A DNA stretch of 64,000 nucleotides from the NCBI GenBank assembly GCA_028279725.1, contig JANQNE010000007.1:99406-163405 (forward strand). The letters are read 5' to 3'. Source of the DNA: Candidatus Nanoarchaeia archaeon. Lineage in GTDB: Archaea; Nanobdellota; Nanobdellia; Woesearchaeales; JANQNE01. The notes below the pieces were generated by a model. The model had not been told where the DNA came from and did not search any database. It saw only the letters and a program-made list of their open reading frames with translations. The position numbers and the translations under genes are program-made. Every line of letters begins with the position of its first letter. Position 1 is the stretch's first letter. This document shows, in pieces, positions 17,533 to 27,535 of the stretch.

Positions 17533-18033
17533 TCATTTCTTAATTATTTTAGAAACAAAATAAGGCAGTACAAACCCAACAACATACACGATAGCTACTG
17601 GCAAGGGGTCTGTCGCAGGTATCTCTAAAAAAGCAACCTGTGAAGCAAGCACATTGGAGAATCTTACGATAATAAACACATTAACGACTGCAATTATCGG
17701 GATGAACATCCCTGCAATCAAATGATGATGTGTCTCCATATTATCTATATCTTTTATCAGTATGTTAAACAAAAAACCGAACAAAGCTGCAATCACAAAT
17801 ATTATAACAAAAAGAACAACTCCCTGCACCATAAACAAGAAAGGTATCAGAACAAAAGAGACAGCTATATTCCCTAACAATGTAATCACTAAAGCTGTCC
17901 AGTACACAAAAAGATCAAGCCCATGCTTATATTTTGTCTTCTGTATTCCAGCTTCTATTATCCTCTCTGCATGATCAATCTCATGCTCTAACCATCCCTT
18001 TTTCCTTAACTTGTGTTTTGTGTCCTCTTTCAT
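17533..18033 (-). CDS. Hypothetical integral membrane protein.
   Basis: Soluble N-terminus followed by 3-4 TM helices. The stop/start overlaps the MinD-like gene. Confidence 0.4.
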   Translation of the reverse strand: MKEDTKHKLRKKGWLEHEIDHAERIIEAGIQKTKYKHGLDLFVYWTALVITLLGNIAVSFVLIPFLFMVQGVVLFVIIFVIAALFGFLFNILIKDIDNMETHHHLIAGMFIPIIAVVNVFIIVRFSNVLASQVAFLEIPATDPLPVAIVYVVGFVLPYFVSKIIKK

Positions 18034-18803
18034 TTAGCAAAAAAATCAGAATACTCTAACTTTACCTCTTTTAATTCACCGCTTCCATCTTCATAAACTT
18101 GCCCGATTATCTTAGATGCCAGATACTTAAACTCCTTCCCTATGGCTGTATTTGGATAAGCATAAGCTACTGGCTGCTTTGTTCCTAACGATTCCAATAC
18201 TTTCTTATCATTGCTTATTGCAGCTATTATTGGTTTTTCAAGAATTGTCTCGATGTTCTGTAAGCTCAGCTCAAAACTTTCCCCTCTGACTTTGTTGATT
18301 ATGACTCCAAGCACATTAGCTCCGTTCTCCTCTGCAAAAGCTATTGACTTCAAAGCCCCTGTAACTGCATTAAGATCTGGTGTTGTAACAACAATAACAT
18401 CATTAACAGCTTTTATCACACCTCTTGCTTCCTCATTTATTCCGCCAGCACTGTCAACTAAAACGATCTCTGTCCTGTCCTTAAGCAGTTTGATATTATT
18501 CTTTAAGCTTTCAAAGTTATGGCTTCCTGCTGTCTTGTACTTTATATCAGAAGGTATGATCATTAACCCAGAAATATGCCTGTACGCAGTATTTGTTATA
18601 TCTCCTTTTCCATCAAGAACATCATTCAGGTCTATCTTAAAGCTTGGAATCCCCAAACTCAGCCCAAGATTAGGTGTTGCAAGATTCCCATCCACAGCAA
18701 CAACATGCCTTCCAAAATTTGTAAGGGTGATAGCTAGATTCAAAACACAAGTTGTCTTGCCAACACCTCCCTTACCAGATATAATCCCTATAAATCTAGT
18801 CAT
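18030..18803 (-). CDS. MinD/ParA-family P-loop ATPase.
   Basis: Deviant Walker A GIISGKGGVGKTT. The ORF track extends to 18866. The likely start is the MTRFIGIISGKGG methionine at about 18803, which leaves an 8-nt overlap with the upstream gene. Confidence 0.75.
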   Translation of the reverse strand: MTRFIGIISGKGGVGKTTCVLNLAITLTNFGRHVVAVDGNLATPNLGLSLGIPSFKIDLNDVLDGKGDITNTAYRHISGLMIIPSDIKYKTAGSHNFESLKNNIKLLKDRTEIVLVDSAGGINEEARGVIKAVNDVIVVTTPDLNAVTGALKSIAFAEENGANVLGVIINKVRGESFELSLQNIETILEKPIIAAISNDKKVLESLGTKQPVAYAYPNTAIGKEFKYLASKIIGQVYEDGSGELKEVKLEYSDFFAK

Positions 18804-19248
18804 TATACTTTTCCTCGATATACTCCACAAATGATTTGATATATTCAAAATGCTCATATACAACATCTATGTTTATTATCACTTCTTTTCCATCTACATC
18901 AGCAGTCATCTTCACGTGCCTCCTAAACTCCTGATCCTTCTCATAATTAGCTCTCATTATCTTCTTCAATGATTGTCTAAAATCTATTGCATCAACAATT
19001 TTTTTATCGTCTTTATATACATCTTTCACGATATTAAACCTCAATCCGCTCTGTGTAGGGACATCCTCTATCTTGCCTTCTTTCTTCGCTTTATCGATCA
19101 GCCCATCCATTATAAAATCGATGCAATTCATCAATCTTTCAACTACACTCCTAAGAACATCAACTGTACGGGTATACTTAAGGCTGACATAGATCAGATG
19201 ATCCATCCTTTTCAGCTCTTCCTTTGCATCATCTAAATAGTCCTTCAT
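18796..19248 (-). CDS. Hypothetical helical protein, member A of a tandem paralogue pair.
   Basis: 150 aa. KRMDHLIYVSLKYTRTVDVLRSVVERL aligns with the next gene's RKADHMISVTYPLVKDTKLLLAVMENI. A second block, EFRRHVKMTADVDGKEVII, matches EFVRNDKFVICDNDYNMKAI. Confidence 0.4.
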   Translation of the reverse strand: MKDYLDDAKEELKRMDHLIYVSLKYTRTVDVLRSVVERLMNCIDFIMDGLIDKAKKEGKIEDVPTQSGLRFNIVKDVYKDDKKIVDAIDFRQSLKKIMRANYEKDQEFRRHVKMTADVDGKEVIINIDVVYEHFEYIKSFVEYIEEKYND

Positions 19249-19714
19249 TCTTACTGGTGATGTTATGTATCTCTTCTATAAATAGCTTTGCTTTAGAGAT
19301 ATGGCTCTTTACCTCATCAACTGATATTGCCTTCATATTATAGTCGTTATCACATATCACAAACTTATCATTCCTGACAAATTCCACAGGGCTTTTCTTA
19401 TGCTGCTTTACTGTATTCTTTACTTCCTGGATAAGCTCAACATAGCTCTCATCTATCTTATGTCTCCTTGTGCATCTTGCCCTGAATATGTTGAACTTGC
19501 TGTCAAAATTATCCTGGAACCTAGGAATCTTCTTGAAAAGGAACTCATAATAAAGCAAAGAGCTCATCGTATTCGTCAACCCTAGAAATATGTTCTCCAT
19601 AACTGCTAAAAGCAGCTTTGTATCTTTGACTAAAGGATATGTTACAGAAATCATATGGTCTGCTTTCCTAATGTTAAGTTTGGCAGCCTCCCTCAACTCC
19701 TGGAATCTTTCCAT
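19229..19714 (-). CDS. Hypothetical helical protein, member B of the tandem paralogue pair.
   Basis: 161 aa. It overlaps member A by 20 nt. See the paralogy note above. Confidence 0.4.
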   Translation of the reverse strand: MERFQELREAAKLNIRKADHMISVTYPLVKDTKLLLAVMENIFLGLTNTMSSLLYYEFLFKKIPRFQDNFDSKFNIFRARCTRRHKIDESYVELIQEVKNTVKQHKKSPVEFVRNDKFVICDNDYNMKAISVDEVKSHISKAKLFIEEIHNITSKNEGLFR

Positions 19715-19759
19715 TTTAGAAGCTGTAAAGGCATTATTCTATAAATAATTTATGCAGAA

Positions 19760-20101
19760 TTATTGGCTTAATTCCATTATTGAAGCAGCAAGATCTCCTT
19801 CATTCTTTTCAAGAACTTCTTTAGCTTTTTCCTCACTCACACCTGTCTGCTCAACTACTGTCTTTATATCTTCTTCAGATATCTCAACTTTTATAGGCTC
19901 TCTTGGCAGCTCTTCAATATCTCCTGTAACTTGTAAAGTGTCCTGGCCCATCATATTCACTTTGCTTACACCAGGATTCCTGATTATAAGGTCAACTTCA
20001 GGTGTCTTTATGATAACTTCAGTTGCAGGAATATCTACCTGTGACATTCCCATCTTCTTCATCATCTGCTGCATCTTCCTTGGATTCATTCCTGGAATCA
20101 T
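19760..20101 (-). CDS. nac: Nascent polypeptide-associated complex protein (NAC alpha homologue).
   Basis: NAC domain (VIIKTPEVDLIIRNPGVSKVNMMGQDTLQVTG) plus a C-terminal UBA-like segment. Confidence 0.8.
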   Translation of the reverse strand: MIPGMNPRKMQQMMKKMGMSQVDIPATEVIIKTPEVDLIIRNPGVSKVNMMGQDTLQVTGDIEELPREPIKVEISEEDIKTVVEQTGVSEEKAKEVLEKNEGDLAASIMELSQ

Positions 20102-20102
20102 C

Positions 20103-20285
20103 TTATCCTAACATTGCACCGCCATAAGCGTGTAGAAGTATTATTATGATCATTACAACAATACACAGGACAATAACATGTCCTGGCTTTAATGTTATCT
20201 TGCTCTTATAATCTTCAAAATATCTGATCAGTCCGCCTCCGCTTGAAGGCATTGTCATCCTGTCTTTTACCATTTTCTTTCTCAC
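20103..20285 (-). CDS. secG: Preprotein translocase subunit Sec61beta (archaeal SecG).
   Basis: 60 aa. SSGGGLIRYFED motif followed by a single TM helix. Confidence 0.65.
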   Translation of the reverse strand: MRKKMVKDRMTMPSSGGGLIRYFEDYKSKITLKPGHVIVLCIVVMIIIILLHAYGGAMLG

Positions 20286-20296
20286 CTAAAATTAAA

Positions 20297-20637
20297 GTTG
20301 TAGGGTAGCTGTAAGCCACCTTCTGTCAGACCCTCATGCAACACTGGTTACGATGGTCTGCCTTAGCATTTAACTAAGCGTCATTGCCGAATCATTGTTG
20401 ATTCAACATTTTCGACTTGCACAAGCCAGGTCTCGCCGTTTCACCCATTCTCACCAAAACATCAGTTGGTTAACTCCCTTCTCTCGCGAGAAGCTTCACA
20501 ACATCATCTTATCGGTAAGTGGTCTCGTTTCTGAGCCGTTGCCGCAGGTTTCCCCGCCTTGATTCCGCAAGTGGCCACGTATAGTGGGTGGACTTTCCTC
20601 AGACATATGTCCGTCAGCTAAGCACTACCCTACAGCC
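20297..20637 (-). ncRNA. rnpB: RNase P RNA.
   Basis: The minus strand contains CR-I-like GAGGAAAGUCCACCCAC. CR-IV-like AAUGGGUGAAACGGCGAGACC. CR-V-like GACAGAAGGUGGCUUACAG. A P1 helix CUGUAGGGUAG / CUACCCUACA joins the ends. The region is GC-rich and ORF-free. Confidence 0.75.
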
Positions 20638-20656
20638 CCTAGAAACAGTATTTTCT

Positions 20657-21769
20657 TTAAAAGGTTTTCGATAAAACCACAACCTTATACTCCTGCTTTC
20701 CACTCCAGACTAATCTCTCTGATTCTATCTTAAACTTCTTCCTCAAAGCAGTTTTCTTGAAAAGCTCGATATTCTTTGAAATTGCAACCATTTTCCCTTT
20801 CAAAATAAATTCAGCATTGTGAAAAAACTCATCATAAAGTTTCTGTATAACTGTCGGTCCAGCATGCTGTGTTATTATCGGTGGATTTGTTACAATAAGA
20901 TCAACTGCCCCTTTGTCAAGTTTAGCATCCAGCCATTTTGCTTCGATCCTAGAAAAATTTATCAGCTTCTCAACACCAGCGATCTTTGCATTGTTCTTTG
21001 CAGACTTGATATATCTAAGCTGGTCGTCAAAACCATTCAGTTTAATCTCCTTGCTCTTGTCAGTTTCCTTATCAATCTTATCAAAGAATTTGTCAAAATC
21101 AAACTTCTCAAAACATTTGAATCCTAAAAAAGCAAATTTATCCTTTTGATAAAAATTAACCGGAAACTTTGACTTATGCAGAGCAGCTTCAATTATTAAA
21201 GTTCCACTTCCGCAAAAAGGATCCAATACATTTTCTCCTTCAGCCAATCTATACACGCAATAAGCGACAGTTCCCTTCAGTGCATAAGGATGCTGAAAGA
21301 TCTTATACTGCCTTTTGCTCAGATCAATTCCAGAAAAATCAACTCCAAGATATGCTTTTCCTCCTGAGATATTGACAAAAAAAGTTACATCAGGATCTTC
21401 CAGTTTTACTTTAGCTTTTTTCCTGTCTAAGATAAATCCTCCAACTCTGGATTCAACATCTTGTGTTGATTCATCTCCATCATGCATGCATCTTACACAA
21501 AAAGTTGTATCCTTCCCAAACCATTCATCAATATTTATCTTCTCAACTGATTTCTTTATATCATCAACATCAGAATAATCTACTGTATCAATCAGATAAA
21601 GAACCTTAACAACAGATTGAGCTTTATAACAAAGAAGACAAAGATCTTCCAGCTTACAGTCAAATTCAACACAGCCATCAAGAACTTTCCCCTTAGCTCC
21701 TATCAGCTCAAAAATTTCTTTAGAACAAATATCTTCAAAACCCTTATGAGTTATAGCTAATCCTTTCAT
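20657..21769 (-). CDS. THUMP-domain class I SAM-dependent RNA methyltransferase (Trm14/TrmN-like tRNA m2G methyltransferase).
   Basis: SAM-binding [15 protein letters not shown]. Catalytic DLIVTNPP. N-terminal THUMP-like region. There is a 4-nt overlap with gyrA. Confidence 0.6.
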   Translation of the reverse strand: MKGLAITHKGFEDICSKEIFELIGAKGKVLDGCVEFDCKLEDLCLLCYKAQSVVKVLYLIDTVDYSDVDDIKKSVEKINIDEWFGKDTTFCVRCMHDGDESTQDVESRVGGFILDRKKAKVKLEDPDVTFFVNISGGKAYLGVDFSGIDLSKRQYKIFQHPYALKGTVAYCVYRLAEGENVLDPFCGSGTLIIEAALHKSKFPVNFYQKDKFAFLGFKCFEKFDFDKFFDKIDKETDKSKEIKLNGFDDQLRYIKSAKNNAKIAGVEKLINFSRIEAKWLDAKLDKGAVDLIVTNPPIITQHAGPTVIQKLYDEFFHNAEFILKGKMVAISKNIELFKKTALRKKFKIESERLVWSGKQEYKVVVLSKTF

Positions 21770-24594
21770 CTCCTTTTCATAGCTTTCTTTCTAAGCTCGT
21801 CTATTGAAGGAACATAGTCTGGCGTTGGCTTTGGATTGAAATCCTCTTCTTTATCTTCTTCAGCAGGTTTTTCCTTTACTTCCTCTGATGATGCTTCTTG
21901 AACTGGCTCTTTCTCTTCAACTTCTTTTCGTGGTTCTTCCTCTTTTTTTTCTTCAACAGGTTCTTCTGGCTGAATCTCTTCCTGCTTTGAATCTTCAACT
22001 GGCTGCTCTTCCTTTACTTCAGGCTGCAGTTCTTCATCATGTCCATTTCCATTCTCTTCTCCAGTTTCCTCTTTTTTTATCGCTTTATTCAGTTCATCTT
22101 CACTTTCAACAACAATCTTTGCAGCTGCAGCAACCTTGTCATCTCCGCCCATCTTCATAAGCCTTACTCCTTGGGTATTTCTTCCTATCTTCGATATTCC
22201 ATCAACTCTGGTTCTGATAACAATTCCCTGCCTGCTCATAAATATAATCTCGTTATCAGGATAGACTGCTTTAACTTCAACAACCTTTCCGTTCCTTTCG
22301 CTGCACTGTATGTTGATTACACCGACCCCACCACGACCGATAACTCTGTATTCAGCCATCGATGTCTGTTTTCCATAACCATTCTCTGTAATAGTAAGCA
22401 ACCTCTTCTTATCAGTTGCAATATCCATACCAATAACTGCATCCTTTCCTTTCAGATTTATTCCTTTTACACCTTTTCCAGTCCTTCCTATTGGCCTTAC
22501 ATCTTTTTCATCAAACCTAATTGCCATTCCATTTTCTGTAGCAAGAACAATATGCCTGCTTCCATCAGTAAGCTTAGCTGTTATCAGATCATCTCCTTCA
22601 TCTAAAGTTATAGCTCTTATTCCTCCTCTTCTGGGTTTCTTAAAATTAGAAAGTGGGGTCTTCTTAATTATACCCTGTTTAGTCGCTAACATCAAGAAGT
22701 GTTCTTCATCAAATTCTTTTACAGGAATAAACGCAGTAACACTTTCTTCCTTATCTAGTTCAACTAAATTAACTATTGGTCTTCCTTTAGCCTGTCTGCT
22801 TCCCTCAGGAATATTATAGACTTTAAGCCAATGTACATTTCCTTTGTCCGTAAATACTAAGATATAACTATGGGTTGACGCAACAAATATTTCCTCTACA
22901 AAATCTTCTTCTTTTGTTCCTGTTGCTATAACACCCTTTCCTCCTCTTGCCTGTAATTTGTAAGTGTTCATAGGAACTCTCTTAACATAACCAGCATGTG
23001 TAACAGTGACGACCATCTTTTCTTCTTCAATAAGATCTTCAAAATCAATCTCAACATCTTGTCCGCCTTCCATGATCTGTGTCTTTCTTTCATCGCCATA
23101 CTTTTCTTTCATATCCTCAAGTTCTTTTTTGATTATTTCCAGTATCTTTTGCTCAGAAGCTAAGATCGCTTTTAATTCTTCAATTAATTCCAACAATCCT
23201 TTATGTTCTTCTTTGATTTTATCTTGCTCTAAGTTAGTTAACTTCTGTAATTTCATATCTAGGATAGCCATCGCCTGCTTTTCACTTAATTCATACTTGG
23301 CGATTAATCCATCTCTTGCTTCAACTGTTGATTTAGATTGTTTGATCAGCTGGATCGCATTGTCGATATCATTCAAAGCTATGATTATACCTTCAAGAAT
23401 ATGCGCTCTTTCCTCAGCCTTAACCAACTCATACTTTGTTCTCCTTCTTACAACTTCTTTTCTGTGATCTATAAAGTTCTGTATTATTTCTTTAAGGTTC
23501 AGTACTTTTGGTTCTCCATCAACCAAAGCCAACAATATCATACCTACAGTTTCCTGCATTCTTGTATGTTTATACAATTGATTAAGAACAATGTCAGGAT
23601 TTGCATCCTGCCTTAATTCAATAACTATCCTCATTCCTTCTCTGTCGCTTTCATCTCTAAGATCAGATATTCCTTGTATCTTTTTATCTCTTACAAGATC
23701 AGCAATCTGTTCTATAAGGTGGGCTTTATTCACCATAAATGGAATCTCAGAAACAATTATCCTCTGCTTATTCTTCATCTCTTCAACATTTGTCCTTGCT
23801 CTTACCAAAACTTTTCCTTTTCCTTTAGAATAAGCACTAAGGATTCCGCCAGTTCCGTAAATAATTCCTCCAGTAGGAAAATCAGGACCTTTGACATTCT
23901 CAACAAGATCCATCGCAGTTACATCAGGATTGTCAATAACTCTTATCGTTCCGTCAATAACCTCGGTCATGTTATGTGGTGGAATTGTCGTAGCCATGCC
24001 TACTGCAATACCACTGCTTCCATTAATCAAAAGATTTGGAATCTTTGAAGGAAGAACAGAAGGCTCTTTCAGGCTATTGTCAAAATTAGGGACAAAATCA
24101 ACAGTGTCCTTATCAATATCAACTAACATCTCTTCAGCAATTCTAGATAGTCTTGCCTCAGTATACCTCATTGCAGCTGCATTATCTCCATCAATTGAAC
24201 CAAAATTTCCCTGACCGTCAACTAAAGTATATCTTAAAGAAAAATCCTGAGCCATCCTGACCATGCTGTCATAGACAGCTGTATCACCATGCGGATGATA
24301 CTTTCCCAGCACCTCTCCAACAATCCTTGCAGATTTCTTAAAAGGCTTGTTATGCATCATTCCCATGCTGTGCATCGCAAAAAGAATTCTTCTGTGAACT
24401 GGTTTTAATCCATCTCTTACATCTGGCAAAGCTCTGCCAACTATTACACTCATAGAATAGTCCAGATAGCTGCTCTTCATCTCATCTTCCACTACCCTTT
24501 GGACTACTTTTTCTTCTGTATTTTGGCCTTTATTTTGCTCTGGTTGGCTATTTTCCTGGCCTTCAATTTCCTTATTTTCAGGGTTTTCAGACAT
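21766..24594 (-). CDS. gyrA: DNA gyrase subunit A with a long acidic C-terminal tail.
   Basis: [25 protein letters not shown]. The active-site Tyr region and a beta-pinwheel CTD. The last roughly 120 aa are an E/K/P-rich low-complexity tail. Confidence 0.9.
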   Translation of the reverse strand: MSENPENKEIEGQENSQPEQNKGQNTEEKVVQRVVEDEMKSSYLDYSMSVIVGRALPDVRDGLKPVHRRILFAMHSMGMMHNKPFKKSARIVGEVLGKYHPHGDTAVYDSMVRMAQDFSLRYTLVDGQGNFGSIDGDNAAAMRYTEARLSRIAEEMLVDIDKDTVDFVPNFDNSLKEPSVLPSKIPNLLINGSSGIAVGMATTIPPHNMTEVIDGTIRVIDNPDVTAMDLVENVKGPDFPTGGIIYGTGGILSAYSKGKGKVLVRARTNVEEMKNKQRIIVSEIPFMVNKAHLIEQIADLVRDKKIQGISDLRDESDREGMRIVIELRQDANPDIVLNQLYKHTRMQETVGMILLALVDGEPKVLNLKEIIQNFIDHRKEVVRRRTKYELVKAEERAHILEGIIIALNDIDNAIQLIKQSKSTVEARDGLIAKYELSEKQAMAILDMKLQKLTNLEQDKIKEEHKGLLELIEELKAILASEQKILEIIKKELEDMKEKYGDERKTQIMEGGQDVEIDFEDLIEEEKMVVTVTHAGYVKRVPMNTYKLQARGGKGVIATGTKEEDFVEEIFVASTHSYILVFTDKGNVHWLKVYNIPEGSRQAKGRPIVNLVELDKEESVTAFIPVKEFDEEHFLMLATKQGIIKKTPLSNFKKPRRGGIRAITLDEGDDLITAKLTDGSRHIVLATENGMAIRFDEKDVRPIGRTGKGVKGINLKGKDAVIGMDIATDKKRLLTITENGYGKQTSMAEYRVIGRGGVGVINIQCSERNGKVVEVKAVYPDNEIIFMSRQGIVIRTRVDGISKIGRNTQGVRLMKMGGDDKVAAAAKIVVESEDELNKAIKKEETGEENGNGHDEELQPEVKEEQPVEDSKQEEIQPEEPVEEKKEEEPRKEVEEKEPVQEASSEEVKEKPAEEDKEEDFNPKPTPDYVPSIDELRKKAMKRR

Positions 24595-24851
24595 CTTCTC
24601 CTCGATAGTTGTTAATGGAGGTTTATTTATAAATCTTTTGTTCGTAAAATGGCAATACAGAGTCTGTAAAGCCAGAATTATAGCATTTCAGCTATCTGAA
24701 TTTGGCCACTTCAGACCCCTCAAAATGCCCAAAAATTAGCTATTTCACTACTCTACAGAGACTACAAAACGAAAGGTTTAAATACTTGCTTTGCTTTACT
24801 TTATTTAGAGAGAGGTGACTAAGCTTCTTTCTAAAAAAAGGTGGTTAAAAA

Positions 24852-25133
24852 ATGAAAATCAAATTCGAAAGTGCAAAAGGTGGAAGAGGAATAGACGCAT
24901 GTGCTTCTACTATGACCGAAAGATACGGACTGCAATATGCATTACATAAACTAGAGATGCAAAATCCTTCATTAAGCAGCATAAGGCCTACTGATGTGGC
25001 GGACATTCTAGGCGGTGGAGATGGATATGTTCCAGCTGACAAAATAGGGACTGATTTTGAAACAAACCAACCGATATATCAATTTAGAAATTATGAATTA
25101 ATCACCAGACCTACAATAGAAAAAGGTGAATAA
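24852..25133 (+). CDS. Hypothetical protein, island gene 1.
   Basis: GGTGG RBS. No recognisable domain. Confidence 0.3.
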   Translation: MKIKFESAKGGRGIDACASTMTERYGLQYALHKLEMQNPSLSSIRPTDVADILGGGDGYVPADKIGTDFETNQPIYQFRNYELITRPTIEKGE

Positions 25134-25136
25134 AAA

Positions 25137-25733
25137 ATGATAAGAAGATTAGCGAACAACAGAATTGTCAGAGGACTTGTTACATTTCCTATCATATTCT
25201 CAAGCGGTTGTATAGATGAACTTGTAGATGAAGCTGCCAAAAGTAGAATCAAGAAAATAAAAAAAATCAGTAACAACATCAAACGAGAAGTAGATGATCT
25301 CGGTTATTTTAATGATTCTCTTGTAAACTCTGTGAAAGAAGATGCAAAAAATGCATATGGACAGATGAATTCTGTATTAAATACACTAAGGTATCAAAGA
25401 GAGTATGGCAATAATACTGGAATTCCAGTTCAGCTAAGCCCCGGAGATATAGTTAATTTAGGAAATGGAGGGGTGTTTGACCACAGATACATGAATAGAT
25501 TAAGTAGAGAATCACAAAGAGAAATACAAGTGCAATGTGATGGTTCTGTAAAGATCCTTGAAGGACTGTCTAAAGGAGTTCGTGTAAAACCTAGATGGAT
25601 CGCAAGCGCGATAAAGGGAAGAGGCAACGAACCATATGAGATTCACATTAATGGGGAAACAGCAAAATACAACGGAGAGGCATATGTCATGTCAAGAAAA
25701 AAGTTGAATAACTCAAGATTGTTAAGAAATTAA
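25137..25733 (+). CDS. Hypothetical protein, island gene 2, with a signal-peptide/lipobox-like N-terminus.
   Basis: N-terminus MIRRLANNRIVRGLVTFPIIFSSGC. Preceded by the AAAAAGGTGAATAAAAAATGATA cassette. Confidence 0.35.
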   Translation: MIRRLANNRIVRGLVTFPIIFSSGCIDELVDEAAKSRIKKIKKISNNIKREVDDLGYFNDSLVNSVKEDAKNAYGQMNSVLNTLRYQREYGNNTGIPVQLSPGDIVNLGNGGVFDHRYMNRLSRESQREIQVQCDGSVKILEGLSKGVRVKPRWIASAIKGRGNEPYEIHINGETAKYNGEAYVMSRKKLNNSRLLRN

Positions 25734-25749
25734 AAAAGGTGAATAAAAA

Positions 25750-25845
25750 ATGATACGCACAATAAAAAAGATTTTTGCTGCATTAGTAAAACTTAGTCCA
25801 ATCACAATTGAGATTGAAAGAGAAAATTATGTTTTACTGAGGTGA
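25750..25845 (+). CDS. Possible 31-aa micro-ORF (MIRTIKKIFAALVKLSPITIEIERENYVLLR).
   Basis: It is not in the ORF track, which cuts off at 60 aa. It is preceded by an exact 23-nt copy of the RBS/start cassette of island gene 2. Confidence 0.15.
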   Translation: MIRTIKKIFAALVKLSPITIEIERENYVLLR

Positions 25846-25851
25846 ATAAAA

Positions 25852-26118
25852 ATGCCAGATGATAATTTACCAAATCCAGAAGAACATTTCAAAAAACCAG
25901 AATCACCAGAAGAATACAAGCCTGGAAAATTAGGAGATGCAAAAAGATACGGAAGTCTTCCTCCAGCAAAAAGTTATAGTCAAGAAACTAATTACCAAAG
26001 CAAGCAATTCACAGATGATCTTGCTATAGCAATGAAATTGAGTGATCCGATTGAATTCATGACCAAAATGGGCATGTTCGCTCCAGAAGGTGTAGGAAAT
26101 CCAAGAAAAGGTGAGTAA
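25852..26118 (+). CDS. Hypothetical protein, island gene 3.
   Basis: GAGGTGA RBS. Pro/Glu-rich N-terminus. Confidence 0.3.
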   Translation: MPDDNLPNPEEHFKKPESPEEYKPGKLGDAKRYGSLPPAKSYSQETNYQSKQFTDDLAIAMKLSDPIEFMTKMGMFAPEGVGNPRKGE

Positions 26119-26120
26119 AG

Positions 26121-26423
26121 ATGGAAAACATACAAACAATCAAGATAGGAGATGGTTACCTGGATCTTAAAAATCCAGAATTATGTGATGTTAACTATAA
26201 CGGAAAGATATATCATGGTTGGTACAAGAAGATTGACAAGGCTGGACGTAGATGTTATTTTCTTCCAGAAGACGTCGATTCAAGAAATCCGATCTCAAGA
26301 GACAACATAATTGACATGAAAATAGAACTTAATAAAATAAAAACTGTAGAAGACGCAATAAACTCGAATCTGTTTGCAAAAAACTACAGGGCATTTATCA
26401 GCCCGGAAGATGCAGGAAAATGA
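26121..26423 (+). CDS. Hypothetical protein, island gene 4.
   Basis: GGTGA RBS. 2-nt spacing from the previous gene. Confidence 0.3.
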   Translation: MENIQTIKIGDGYLDLKNPELCDVNYNGKIYHGWYKKIDKAGRRCYFLPEDVDSRNPISRDNIIDMKIELNKIKTVEDAINSNLFAKNYRAFISPEDAGK

Positions 26424-26707
26424 TTCAACAAAATCAACAAACATATGGACACTGGTACCATGACATTGCAGAAAAGATCCCTAGCATTGACGCTGAAATT
26501 GAAGACTGTCAAAGATGTCTAGGTATGATAAGATCTGGAGACAGGCTTAGCCTCATGAAGAGTGGAAGAAGTATAGAAACAAGGGATTATCTGGTCTACA
26601 TGGATATGTTGACTAACTTAAAAATAGCTCTTACTCGATCTAAAAACTTAGTTCCAGCAATGGATGAAAACCCAACTCTAAACACAGAATATGTTTTTGA
26701 AAAATGA
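26420..26707 (+). CDS. Hypothetical protein, island gene 5.
   Basis: 4-nt overlap with the previous gene. Confidence 0.3.
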   Translation: MIQQNQQTYGHWYHDIAEKIPSIDAEIEDCQRCLGMIRSGDRLSLMKSGRSIETRDYLVYMDMLTNLKIALTRSKNLVPAMDENPTLNTEYVFEK

Positions 26708-26771
26708 TTCTCGAAATCTTAACTTAAAACAGAAACCTATTTAAAATTCTCACAAACTCCAGCTTATTAAA

Positions 26772-27398
26772 ATGAAAAATATATTATTGATTGGAGGGAT
26801 GGCATCAGGAAAGACTACACTAGTTGAAGCTCTGATGAAAGCAGATCCTTCCATAAATGACATAAATATGTCAAACTATGCTGTAAAGATTCCGATGACT
26901 TTAATCTCTAAAGATCATCCAGATCTAATGTCATACCCTAAAAATATCTATATTGATACAATCCTGAAAAATCAAACAGTTGATGAAGATTTATTCCGTT
27001 ACAAAAGAAGAGAGATGGATGAATTCTGTCAGAAAGTTAGAGATGTTTATGGAGAGACAATACTCGCAGAACTTGGTTTTTTAGCATCAGACATACACAA
27101 GCAGAATGTCATAGATAATATTGCAAAAGTTCCAAGCGTGAAATACCTTAAAGACCAAGGATTCTATGTTGTTGGTCTTGAATGCAGCTTTGAAGATCAG
27201 ATTCAAAGAAGACTGGAAAATCCAAAAAGTATTGATCATCCCAGCAGATATAAATTAGAAGAACAGATAATGAGAACAAACGCATTCTTCGAGATTAGAG
27301 ACACTACGAAACTTGCAGATAAAGTATATGATACAAGAAAGATTAGATCAGACTCCTCTCAAGTAGTCCAAGAAATATTAAGAGATGCAAGATTATAA
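26772..27398 (+). CDS. P-loop NTPase of the nucleotide/nucleoside-kinase-like fold.
   Basis: Walker A LIGGMASGKTTLVEAL at the N-terminus. 208 aa. The family cannot be assigned by eye. Candidates are dNMP kinase, CoaE-like or zeta-like. Confidence 0.45.
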   Translation: MKNILLIGGMASGKTTLVEALMKADPSINDINMSNYAVKIPMTLISKDHPDLMSYPKNIYIDTILKNQTVDEDLFRYKRREMDEFCQKVRDVYGETILAELGFLASDIHKQNVIDNIAKVPSVKYLKDQGFYVVGLECSFEDQIQRRLENPKSIDHPSRYKLEEQIMRTNAFFEIRDTTKLADKVYDTRKIRSDSSQVVQEILRDARL

Positions 27399-27535
27399 TT
27401 TCTTAACAATATTATCCCTAACCTTAAAACTTCTCCCGCAATAAACACATCTTTTGCTTTTCCCGACAATATATCCATCCATGGAATTATATTTCATATT
27501 ATTCTTGCACTTTGGACATTTTAGAAGTAGCATTC

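Noticed and set aside
18211-18834. A 207-aa plus-strand ORF.
   Set aside because: It is antisense to the MinD-like ATPase gene, which has unambiguous Walker motifs.
22039-22605. A 188-aa plus-strand ORF and others (21888-22160, 23006-24214) inside gyrA.
   Set aside because: They lie entirely within the well-supported gyrA coding region on the opposite strand. They are low-complexity, with no RBS and no motif.
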